64,000 bases of DNA, from the NCBI GenBank assembly GCA_048886685.1, contig JBHLKM010000007.1:64001-128000 (forward strand). The letters run 5' to 3'. Position numbers and translations under genes: made by a program. The notes under the pieces were generated by a model. The model was not told the origin of the DNA. It ran no database searches and was given only the letters and a program-made list of their open reading frames with translations. Source of the stretch: Candidatus Hodarchaeota archaeon. GTDB taxonomy: Archaea; Asgardarchaeota; Lokiarchaeia; Sigyniarchaeales; SOKP01. Each line of letters starts with the position of its first letter. Position 1 is the first letter of the stretch. Positions 18,027-27,056 of the stretch are shown piece by piece.

Positions 18027-18722
18027 TTATTTGCTCTCCTCCTTTTTTTCTTCAATATTAGTATAATCTTTGTAGATATTACCATACCCTGGGCTTGTAG
18101 AAGTTCGAAAATCTCTCGGACCTCTATACTTCTTAAAGAGATCAAGCCTGTCAAATTCTTTTAGCCGCATCCAAATGCGTACCCAAGCGCAAGGAATCGT
18201 ATAACCTCCAACTTCACACATTCCTTCAACCATTCCTCCGCAAGGACCATTACTCAGATGCTTAGCACATCCTGCTCGAGGACAGACTCCCCCTGTTTCA
18301 CCAATTATACAGTCTCCACAAGTTTCACATAGTTCAATGTAATTATTTTGACTATTGTCTTGTACACCACCGAACATGCTATTTTGGGCAGGATAGGTTA
18401 AAATATTTGGAAGAACTTTATTCATCATTACTACACCAAGACCACATGCCAATGACACAATTGCTTCAAAATCTTCTACATAGGGACGGCATGTCGTAGC
18501 AACGATTCTATCATCACACTGTCTTAGAACTGTAATAGCTTTCCATTTTAGCTCTTTACCTTCAGTTTTTGCTTTTAATTCTAAAAGCTGTCCAAGTACT
18601 TTTGCTTCATTAAGTGATCGAGGAGGTTGACAGCATCCATCACAACCAGTAATTAAGATTTTATTGAATGGTTTTATGAGTTCATATATTTCGCTTATTT
18701 CTTTTTGTTGTGTAATTATCAT
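18027..18722 (-). CDS. metV: MetV (MTHFR-associated Fe-S/Zn subunit)
   Basis: GCDGC, RQCD, ACGLG, CETCGDC....TGGVCP...CAK.LSNGPCGG...G.CEV.....CAW; directly adjacent to metF. Confidence 0.9.
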   Translation of the reverse strand: MIITQQKEISEIYELIKPFNKILITGCDGCCQPPRSLNEAKVLGQLLELKAKTEGKELKWKAITVLRQCDDRIVATTCRPYVEDFEAIVSLACGLGVVMMNKVLPNILTYPAQNSMFGGVQDNSQNNYIELCETCGDCIIGETGGVCPRAGCAKHLSNGPCGGMVEGMCEVGGYTIPCAWVRIWMRLKEFDRLDLFKKYRGPRDFRTSTSPGYGNIYKDYTNIEEKKEESK

Positions 18723-18814
18723 ATTACAAAACTCCTTTTTTTCACATTTTTTAATTTTTTCTTTTCATTTTCATTTTATATTAGCTTTATTAGTGTTTAA
18801 AAAATTCACACATC

Positions 18815-19696
18815 TTAGGTTGTTAATTTATCAATTAACTTATTCGGTTTGACACTTCTTTTTTTCAGACTGAGATCTTGAAGATCCACTCCTAATGCAT
18901 ATGCCATAATTTCTGCTAAATACAAGACAGGAATATCTAAATCCTTTCCCGATTTACGTGAAATTATTTTTTCCTTTCTATCATATTGAGTAGTACAAGC
19001 AGGACACACAGCAATTAACGCATCAACTTCTTCTTCAAGTTCACATAATTCTGTCATTTTATCTTCAACCAATTTTTCACCAATTTCATCTTGTAATCTC
19101 GCGCAATAACCACAACATTCTAATTTGTTCGCAAACTCGATTGTTTTAGCTCCAAGTGCCTGGAGTATGATATCAATTTTTTGAGGTTTCTCTGGGTGAT
19201 CAAACTGCATAATCTTACTAGGCCTTACAAGATGGCACCCATAATGTACGGCAAGATTCAAATCATCTAAAGGGTTTACCAAAATATTCTTCATTTTTTC
19301 TAACCATTCTGGTTGGCTGAATAATTCAACAAAATGAAATACTTTCGTTTTCCCGGTGTATTTGTAATTAATTTTCTTTAGTATTTCATTAATTTTTGCT
19401 AAATATTCCTGATCTTCTTCCAATAACACACTTACTGTCTTTAACGTCTCATAACAACCAGAGCAGATTGTCATAATATTTAAACCCATTTTCTCGGCAA
19501 TTGCTAAATTTCTTGCGCCCAAGGTCATCCAAGTATCTATATTTAAAGATTGTAAAGATACTGGTTCAGGACAGCAACTTACTCCTTCCATTTCCTTTAA
19601 TTTTACGTTTAGAATGCTTGCAACATCTCTAAAAGCTTTCTCTAAATGAGGCAGCTTTAAAGGTATTGTACATCCCAAAAATAGTGCATATTCCAT
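18815..19696 (-). CDS. hdrB: Heterodisulfide reductase subunit B-like
   Basis: Two CCG domains: FLGC, SCCP, CSGC; HYGCH, ECCG, CPAC..QYD. Confidence 0.92.
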   Translation of the reverse strand: MEYALFLGCTIPLKLPHLEKAFRDVASILNVKLKEMEGVSCCPEPVSLQSLNIDTWMTLGARNLAIAEKMGLNIMTICSGCYETLKTVSVLLEEDQEYLAKINEILKKINYKYTGKTKVFHFVELFSQPEWLEKMKNILVNPLDDLNLAVHYGCHLVRPSKIMQFDHPEKPQKIDIILQALGAKTIEFANKLECCGYCARLQDEIGEKLVEDKMTELCELEEEVDALIAVCPACTTQYDRKEKIISRKSGKDLDIPVLYLAEIMAYALGVDLQDLSLKKRSVKPNKLIDKLTT

Positions 19697-19699
19697 TTT

Positions 19700-20236
19700 T
19701 TAATCACCTTCTCCTTGTTTTGCGAGATCTCCCAATCCCGTTTCTTCTATAATAAACCTTATTTCGTCTAGATCAGGGGGTATGAGTTCTGGTAACCCCA
19801 TTCTAGTCCGTCTTCTATCAATATTAACTTTTAATCCCCCAGTATATGGTACTACATATCCATTATTATATATTGTTACTACTGTCCCAGAGTATTCTTC
19901 GGGAATCTTACCTTCTTTAACTGCCATATTTCGTAAGAGAGCAAGAATAAATGAATAATCAACATTTTTAGGACAACGTTCAGTGCATCTATGACATAAA
20001 GAACACGTCCAAATTGCCTGGCTTGAAAGCACTTCTTCTTTTAAGCCTAAAAGACATGAGGCAACAACTCTATGGGGTTGCATATCTACATATTCTGTCA
20101 CAGTACACCCTGAGCTACATACTCCACATTGTATGCAGTTAAGAAGTGATTTAGCTCCAACTCTTTTACTAATTTCATAGCGAAAATCGTGATCTAAATT
20201 TTTAGCCTCTTTCTTAATCATTTCTACCATATTCAT
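19700..20236 (-). CDS. hdrC: Heterodisulfide reductase subunit C-like
   Basis: CIQCGVCSSGC and WTCSLCHRCTERCP 4Fe-4S motifs. Confidence 0.92.
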   Translation of the reverse strand: MNMVEMIKKEAKNLDHDFRYEISKRVGAKSLLNCIQCGVCSSGCTVTEYVDMQPHRVVASCLLGLKEEVLSSQAIWTCSLCHRCTERCPKNVDYSFILALLRNMAVKEGKIPEEYSGTVVTIYNNGYVVPYTGGLKVNIDRRRTRMGLPELIPPDLDEIRFIIEETGLGDLAKQGEGD

Positions 20237-23200
20237 GCACCCTCCTTAGCTTTTTCTTTTTTTTCAATTTTATCACCCGTTTTAGGGAGAGGTCCTAACT
20301 CTTTAATTGTATTAACAAATTCAGTAACAACTTGAGAAAATCGTTTTCCTTCTGATGCGCTTACCCATTCAAGACGATATCTATCAGAATTGATCCCAAC
20401 ATCTTCAAGAATATCTTTAAGCTCATTATAGCGTTGAAGCATATCATAATTACCTTCTAAATAATGACAATCACCAATATGACATCCTCCAACAAAAACA
20501 CCATCAGCACCTTCCAAAAATGCTTGTAAAATAAAACTTTTTGGTATTCTCCCTGTACACATTACTCTTATTGGTCGAACATTTGTGGGGTATTGGAAAC
20601 GACTTACCCCACAAGTATCAGCTCCTGCATAACTGCACCAATTACATAAGAAAGCTACAATTCTTGGTCTCTCATCTACGTACGCACCTTTAACAGCCTC
20701 ACGTATCATTGGATAGATTTGATTATCTGCAAAATGACTCATCGTTATCGCTCCAGCTGGACAAGCTGCTGAACAATCTCCGCACCCTTTACATAAGAGT
20801 GGATTAGATTCTGATACCAATACATCATTATCAAAATTAACTCCTATTGCACCGAAATTACATACCTCTTCACATTTTTGGCATGCAATACACAAAGCAG
20901 GATCTACAATTGAAACCAGTGGCTCATTTTCCACTTCACCTGAGATCAAAGGGATCAAAGCATGAGCTGCAGCACCACGTCCCTGTGAAATTGAATCTGC
21001 AATTCCTTTGGGACCATGACATGTCCCTGCTAGGTATATACCGTCAGTCGAAAAGTCTACTGGCCTTAATTTGATATGGGCTTCTAAGAAAAATCCGTTT
21101 TGATCCCGGGCACATTTTATCATTTCTCCTAATTGTTGAGTATCGTGGGGTATTAAAGGTGTAGATAAAACTACTTTATCTGCTTCGATAATAAGGTCAG
21201 TTTGAGTTAAAATATCTTTGACGTTAACATTTAACTTATTATTATTAAGATCGACAGTAGGATATTCATTAAACCGTAAATAGTTAACATTCTCACGCGC
21301 CTTCCAATAATATGGTTCTTCATCTGTGCCTACTCTAATGTCTCTATACAAGACGTATATAGTGGAGTTAGGGTATGTTTCTCTTACATATAAAGCATGT
21401 CTAATCGATTCTGAACAGCAAATTAATGAGCAATAGGTAACCCCATTTCCATCCTCAGGTTGTCTGGATCCTACACAATGGATAAAAACAAGGGTTTCTC
21501 CATCCTTTAGTTCATTATTCCTAAGTTTTTCAGATAATTCAAGTTGAGTCATTACATTGTTGTTTTCACCGTAATGATACCACCCGTGAGGTTTATATTC
21601 ATAAGCACCTGTGGCAGTAATGATTGTACCCACATTCAAATTGATGTCTTTCTCCCCAGCTTTATCCTTGACTTTAACTTTGAAATCTCCGATAGAACCT
21701 TTTACATCAATAACTTCTGAATTTAAATAGAGGATTATATTTTTTTGATTATTAAATTCTTTTAATTTTGTATCTAAGAATTTCTTTGAATCAATTCTAT
21801 CGAAATTAATTTTGTAAATCAAGTTTAATTGTCCTCCTAACTTATCATCTTTTTCCACTAAATGAACTTTAAATCCCTTATTTGCGATTTCCATCGCTGC
21901 ACTCATTCCAGCGATTCCCCCTCCAACCACTAAAGATTCACGTACAACATCACCCTTGATTTTTAATTCCGCTTTTTGAGCAGCTACGCGTGCTACACCC
22001 ATTCTAATAAGGTCTTTTGCTTTATCGGTTGCTTTAGGATTATCATTCATGTGTACCCATGAATCTAATTCCCTAATACTAACGAAATTAAACAAATATT
22101 CGTTTAAACCTGCTTCTCTAATAGTTTTTTGGAATAAAGGTTCATGGGTTCTCGGTGTACAAGCTGCAACAACAACTCTATTTAAATTTAACTCTTCAAT
22201 TTTTTCTTTTATAATATCTTGAGTTAATTGTGAGCAACTATATTTATTTTCCATTGAATATACTACATTTGGGAGAGTTTTTGCATATTCTACCAATGTT
22301 GGAACATCCATATATCCAGCAATGTTGATGCCACAACGACAGATGAATACTCCAATACGAGGTTCATCTTTCGGATTAACAGGTTTAAGAGGGGGAAGTT
22401 CTATTTTTGCTTCTTCGGCGCTTAATGGAATAGCATGAGTAGCAGCCAATGCTGCAGCTCCTCCTGCTTTTGCCACTGAATTAGCAATATCATCAGGAGA
22501 TTGGCATGAACCAGTCACATAAACTCCCTCTCTAGTAGAACGCAGATCTTCTGTGGAATCTTTAGTTTTGAAAAAACCAAACTCATTTTGTTCAATACCT
22601 AATATCGTTGCCAATTGTTCAGCATCTTTTCTAGGGATAATTGCATTTGCAAGTACAACTAAATCAAACTCACTAATTTCAACATCACCAGTATCAAGGT
22701 TCGCATGCTTTACATAAAGATTATGGTTTTCAGGATTTTCGCGGATATCTCCAGGAATCCCTCTGTAATAGATAAGACCATATTCTTTTTTAGCTCTTTC
22801 AATAAATTCTTCTTGGTTTTTTCCGATTACCCTACTATCATTAAAGAAAATAGTGACATTAGTGTCCGGAGAATGTTCTCTAGTGATAACACCTTCTTTT
22901 GTTTGATACATACAACAAAATTTTGAACAGTATGAACATAAATCCAAGTTTCTAGACCCCACGCAACTAATAAAACCTATATTATACGCATGTTCTTTAT
23001 CTGAGGGTCTTAGTAATTCACCCTCAGTTGGACCGGAGGCACTCAACAATCGTTCATATTGCATTGCAGTAATAACATTCGGATATTCTCCATAATGATA
23101 ACGATCAAGAACACTTGGATCTAACTGATCATACCCTGTTGCTACTATTATGGATGCAACATTATAATCTACGATTTCATCCTTATCATCCCAATTGATT

Positions 23201-23718
23201 GCTCCAGCTTCACATTCTTTTTCACATAATTTACATGCATTTTTAGTTAAGTAAAGGCATTTTTCTGCATCAATAACTGCTTTTCGCGGAACTGCTTGAG
23301 GAAATGGGATATAGATAGCAGTTCTATTACTCATCTCCTCTTCAAATTCAGATGGGATTTTTTTCATTGGACATTTCTCAGAACACGCTCCACATCCAGT
23401 ACAAGCATCCCAAGATACATATTTAGCTTTCTTTTTAATTTTAACATTAAAATTCCCCACTTCACCTGACAACTCTTGTACTTCTGAGTAAGCAAGAAGC
23501 TCAACATTAGGATGTCTAGATACTTCTACCATTTTAGGAGCAAGAATACATATACTACAATCCAAAGTTGGAAATGTTTTATCTAGTTGTGCCATTCTAC
23601 CTCCAACAGAAGAAGATTTTTCAACCAGAATAACGTGATATCCTTGATCACCAAGAGACAATGCTGCTTCGATTCCACTAATACCAGCACCAATAATTAA
23701 TACATTATTACGTGTCAT
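20233..23718 (-). CDS. hdrA: HdrA-like flavoprotein (two FAD modules) fused to C-terminal MvhD
   Basis: GAGISG..GGRMAQLDKTFPTLDCSIC, CVGSR..CSKFCC; internal RIGVFICRCG..YSCS..AACTPR.HE; second GGGIAG..CVGSR..CSLICC; ferredoxin motifs; C-terminal FLCNWCSYAGAD..MCTGR..GCHIGDCHY (MvhD). Confidence 0.93.
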   Translation of the reverse strand: MTRNNVLIIGAGISGIEAALSLGDQGYHVILVEKSSSVGGRMAQLDKTFPTLDCSICILAPKMVEVSRHPNVELLAYSEVQELSGEVGNFNVKIKKKAKYVSWDACTGCGACSEKCPMKKIPSEFEEEMSNRTAIYIPFPQAVPRKAVIDAEKCLYLTKNACKLCEKECEAGAINWDDKDEIVDYNVASIIVATGYDQLDPSVLDRYHYGEYPNVITAMQYERLLSASGPTEGELLRPSDKEHAYNIGFISCVGSRNLDLCSYCSKFCCMYQTKEGVITREHSPDTNVTIFFNDSRVIGKNQEEFIERAKKEYGLIYYRGIPGDIRENPENHNLYVKHANLDTGDVEISEFDLVVLANAIIPRKDAEQLATILGIEQNEFGFFKTKDSTEDLRSTREGVYVTGSCQSPDDIANSVAKAGGAAALAATHAIPLSAEEAKIELPPLKPVNPKDEPRIGVFICRCGINIAGYMDVPTLVEYAKTLPNVVYSMENKYSCSQLTQDIIKEKIEELNLNRVVVAACTPRTHEPLFQKTIREAGLNEYLFNFVSIRELDSWVHMNDNPKATDKAKDLIRMGVARVAAQKAELKIKGDVVRESLVVGGGIAGMSAAMEIANKGFKVHLVEKDDKLGGQLNLIYKINFDRIDSKKFLDTKLKEFNNQKNIILYLNSEVIDVKGSIGDFKVKVKDKAGEKDINLNVGTIITATGAYEYKPHGWYHYGENNNVMTQLELSEKLRNNELKDGETLVFIHCVGSRQPEDGNGVTYCSLICCSESIRHALYVRETYPNSTIYVLYRDIRVGTDEEPYYWKARENVNYLRFNEYPTVDLNNNKLNVNVKDILTQTDLIIEADKVVLSTPLIPHDTQQLGEMIKCARDQNGFFLEAHIKLRPVDFSTDGIYLAGTCHGPKGIADSISQGRGAAAHALIPLISGEVENEPLVSIVDPALCIACQKCEEVCNFGAIGVNFDNDVLVSESNPLLCKGCGDCSAACPAGAITMSHFADNQIYPMIREAVKGAYVDERPRIVAFLCNWCSYAGADTCGVSRFQYPTNVRPIRVMCTGRIPKSFILQAFLEGADGVFVGGCHIGDCHYLEGNYDMLQRYNELKDILEDVGINSDRYRLEWVSASEGKRFSQVVTEFVNTIKELGPLPKTGDKIEKKEKAKEGA

Positions 23719-23960
23719 TTTTCTTCAATTTTTAGCTTTAAATTATCTAAAAAAATCTATTTGTAAAAAATATTCTAATCAATTTGAAAATTTCTCTTTA
23801 TTCCGAAAAGACTAGACTTTTTAATTATTTTATTTAACAGATTTCTATATAAAACTTTTTATTATCGACTAATTTTGACACTATATTATTGATTTCTTTA
23901 GGAAAAAGTGATTTATCGATCAATTTATTCTGAAAATCTTATTGATTTTGCCAATTCTAT

Positions 23961-24015
23961 TAAAATCATAAAATCATAAAACTGTCAAAAACATGCTAGA
24001 AAAGTAGACTTTTCT
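23961..24015. promoter_or_regulatory. Tandem repeat and palindrome in the divergent hdrA / GTPase intergenic region
   Basis: TAAAATCA-TAAAATCA-TAAAAC tandem (from 23961) and perfect palindrome AGAAAAGT-AG-ACTTTTCT (23998-24015). Confidence 0.35.
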
Positions 24016-24265
24016 GTCAAATAATAGGAAGATAAATTAACTAAATAGGAAAAGATCTCTCTCAAAACCAATTAGATATTATTTTGTATAAAGAAAAGAT
24101 CCTCTTAATTATATAAGTAAAATTGATAAGAAAATGAAGATTCTAATAATTAAACTACAAATTAGTTATTATCTCTGTAATAAAAATTTATAATTATAGA
24201 TATTACATCCTTTTATATAAGAAAAATCTAAGTTAAAATTGCATTATTAAATATTTGGTGATCGT

Positions 24266-24946
24266 TTGAAAATCGTTGTCTCTGGCCCATTACAATCAGG
24301 AAAATCAAGTTATATAAAGGCTCTAGATGAAAATGCACTGAATGTCGAAGCAAAAGGCAAGGATGATAAATATTATACAGTTGGGATGGATTTAGGGTCA
24401 GTTAAGTTAAATGGTTTTGATTGTTATCTATTCGGTACACCGGGACTTCTTAGATTCTCAATTATGAGAAGTATAGTGATGCAAGGGAGTGATGGCATTA
24501 TTTTTCTTTTTGACGCTGTCGCTCCTGAAAAAGATGATAGTGCAATTATGATATTAAACTCCATTAGAAAATTATTACCTTCCAATGTTCCCATAGTTTT
24601 CTTAGCTAATAAACAAGATATTGAAGGTGCTCGGCCTCCGGAAGTGATCCGTGAGCAAAATTATCTACCTGAGAATACTAAAATCTTTCCAACAAGTACA
24701 AAAACAGGATTAAACATAAAAGAAGCAATAACACATTTAGTTAATATAATATATGAAGAGTATTCCTCACTTCTACAGATATTAAAAGTGTATGAAAAAG
24801 ATATTCAGGGATTAGGAGAGGAACTTAAGAAAGATCGTGCTGAAATGAGGGATTTTCTTAACAATCTTGAAATTAAGAGATTCATTGAGGTAGATAGGGT
24901 TAATAAAACCTATAAAGTAAGAAGTGGATTAAAATATTTAGTCTAA
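24266..24946 (+). CDS. Small GTPase (MglA/CvnD-like) with C-terminal winged-helix domain
   Basis: GPLQSGKSS, YTVGMDLG, FGTPGLLRF, NKQD, STKTG; C-terminal helix-helix-beta-hairpin (GLGEELKKDRAEMRDFLNNLEIKRFIEVDRVNKTYKV). Confidence 0.85.
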   Translation: MKIVVSGPLQSGKSSYIKALDENALNVEAKGKDDKYYTVGMDLGSVKLNGFDCYLFGTPGLLRFSIMRSIVMQGSDGIIFLFDAVAPEKDDSAIMILNSIRKLLPSNVPIVFLANKQDIEGARPPEVIREQNYLPENTKIFPTSTKTGLNIKEAITHLVNIIYEEYSSLLQILKVYEKDIQGLGEELKKDRAEMRDFLNNLEIKRFIEVDRVNKTYKVRSGLKYLV

Positions 24947-24961
24947 TTAGATTAGTATAAC

Positions 24962-26839
24962 TTACGCTTTCTTTAATAGTAAAGGTGAAACTTCTTCAAT
25001 ATTATATTCATTATTCAGACTTATCAAGCTTTTTCTCTGACCATTAAGGATATCCCAGAAAAATTGTGGAACATCTTTTTCTTTTTTATACATGGATTCA
25101 ATGCGATCTAATTTTTCTAATATTTTTTTAGTACGAATAGAAAATTGTTTAATATAATCTGGTTCTGAATAATCTATAGCAAGGTATTGCTTAAATAAAG
25201 TTTTTAAATCTGTATATATAGGTATATAGCCAATAGGTGTCCTTATAGCCTCAAAATCATATTGAGATCGACCTTCTGCCCAGATTACCCAGCAAAGTTT
25301 ATCTAACATTCCATTTAAATACTTTCCATCTTTATCTTTAAGGAAGTAGTTAGTTGCAAACACTTTTGGGCAATTTTCTAGCATTTTACCAAAATCTAAA
25401 TGATTTTTGAGATATTTTCCCAAACTGACTACTATAAAATCTAAATTTGCGTTAGGCTGTTGTGTTCTTACACCTTCAGCACCTAATGTAGCTGAGGTTG
25501 TTTCTGATTCAATCGAGGCTCCCAAGAAAATTCCGTGTTCCCAATTTAGGCTTTCAATGATAGGAGGCATTGTGTCACTGTCCCGTCCACCATAGAATAT
25601 TCCAGATATAGGAACGCCATTTGGATTATGTAGATTTTCATCAGCATTACTTAATTCTTCAATCGCAATTGTATATCGAGCATTCGGATGTGCATGTGGA
25701 ATTTCTTTTCCATCAGTATCTTTTTTACCAATATACCAATCACCTGAAAAATTAAATCCCTTTGTAGGAACTTCTCTTCCATCACCAATCCAATAGGGTG
25801 TTCTCTCAGTTACTAAAACATTACTAAATATTGTCTCTCTAGGTGTTGTTATTGCTTCAAAAATAACAGGATCATCTTCTGGATTAACATCTTTTATTAT
25901 ACCAAAAATTCCTCTCTCAATATTGACAGCATGTGCATATCCATCATTCAAAACTCGCAAATAGGCAATATCATCACCCACTATAGTCTGACCAGGTAAC
26001 ATAGCTGTACTAGTCTTTCCACAAGCACTAGGGAAGGCGCCACAGAAATATGAAACTCTATTCTTTCCTTTCGGGTGTACGCCTAGAATAAAATAGTGTT
26101 CTGCTAACCAATCCTCATTATTGGATTTATAAATTGCTAATCTTAAAGCTAACTTTTTTAGTCCAAGACTGTTTCCCGCGTATTGATTATTAACAGATAA
26201 TACACGTCCTTCTTGTAGATCCACATAAATTCTTCTCTTACTCAGGTTTTTTGTTACTGGTGGATCTCCAATTAATTCTCCGGAGGAATGAATAAAATAG
26301 AAGAAATCTTCAGATCCGTTCAATTTTTTGAATTCTTCATAACCTGCTCTATAGAGGAGATCTTCTGAATGAGCTACGTAAAATGAATCTGTAAGCTGAA
26401 GGGCAAGGATTGAGAATTTTGAATTTTTAGGGCCTAAACAAAAAAATCGCACTACACATTCGTGACCTTCCATACATCCTTTCATAACTTCTAAAATTTC
26501 TTTGAGTCCCTCTTCTCTCTCAATAGTATTTATGGCAGGAGGGTGATATTGACCTTTAGGGATTAGTACTTTCGTATTTTTCTTGTCTCTTGCTTGATCA
26601 TGATTTGACATTGAAAAGAAACCATCAAAATGGATAGTATGACCATTTATCTCTAATTCTTCTTCTTCGCCAATTTCAATCGCTCTTTGTCTGCAATATG
26701 CAATATCATCAATTGAATCTGTTATTACTGTAACCTTAGAAGGTCTACACAATTCGACAAATTCATTTATGATCTTTATAACCTTTTCATTATTTAGTGC
26801 TTTTAATTTGTCAAAATTTTCTTTATCAATGATCTCCAT
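24962..26839 (-). CDS. pckG: Phosphoenolpyruvate carboxykinase (GTP)
   Basis: YAGNSLGLKK, WLAEH, GAFPSACGKTSTAM, VGDDIA, HPNARY, GGRDSDT. Confidence 0.96.
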   Translation of the reverse strand: MEIIDKENFDKLKALNNEKVIKIINEFVELCRPSKVTVITDSIDDIAYCRQRAIEIGEEEELEINGHTIHFDGFFSMSNHDQARDKKNTKVLIPKGQYHPPAINTIEREEGLKEILEVMKGCMEGHECVVRFFCLGPKNSKFSILALQLTDSFYVAHSEDLLYRAGYEEFKKLNGSEDFFYFIHSSGELIGDPPVTKNLSKRRIYVDLQEGRVLSVNNQYAGNSLGLKKLALRLAIYKSNNEDWLAEHYFILGVHPKGKNRVSYFCGAFPSACGKTSTAMLPGQTIVGDDIAYLRVLNDGYAHAVNIERGIFGIIKDVNPEDDPVIFEAITTPRETIFSNVLVTERTPYWIGDGREVPTKGFNFSGDWYIGKKDTDGKEIPHAHPNARYTIAIEELSNADENLHNPNGVPISGIFYGGRDSDTMPPIIESLNWEHGIFLGASIESETTSATLGAEGVRTQQPNANLDFIVVSLGKYLKNHLDFGKMLENCPKVFATNYFLKDKDGKYLNGMLDKLCWVIWAEGRSQYDFEAIRTPIGYIPIYTDLKTLFKQYLAIDYSEPDYIKQFSIRTKKILEKLDRIESMYKKEKDVPQFFWDILNGQRKSLISLNNEYNIEEVSPLLLKKA

Positions 26840-27056
26840 TATGAAAACAGTATTAATGTTAATGTTTATTGATATCTATTAGTGTATAATGTGTTATATG
26901 AAAAATTGGTAACTATATTAACTTTATCTAAGCTTACATAATAGTTTACATTAAATAAGATGATCTTAGTTAAAAATTATCCTGAGATTGTTAAATCTAT
27001 AATTTTATGTAGATTAAATAAAGAAAAAAAAGAAAATAAAGAAAAATAATCTAATA

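Noticed and set aside
20233-23718. Selenoprotein HdrA/MvhD (Lokiarchaeia are known to use Sec)
   Set aside because: The ORF is uninterrupted with Cys at the relevant motifs. There is no in-frame TGA, and the terminal TGA simply overlaps the hdrC start.
18815-23718. Evidence of methanogenesis
   Set aside because: The hdr genes are linked to metVF, and no mcr or mtr genes are present; Hdr-like complexes are widespread in non-methanogens.
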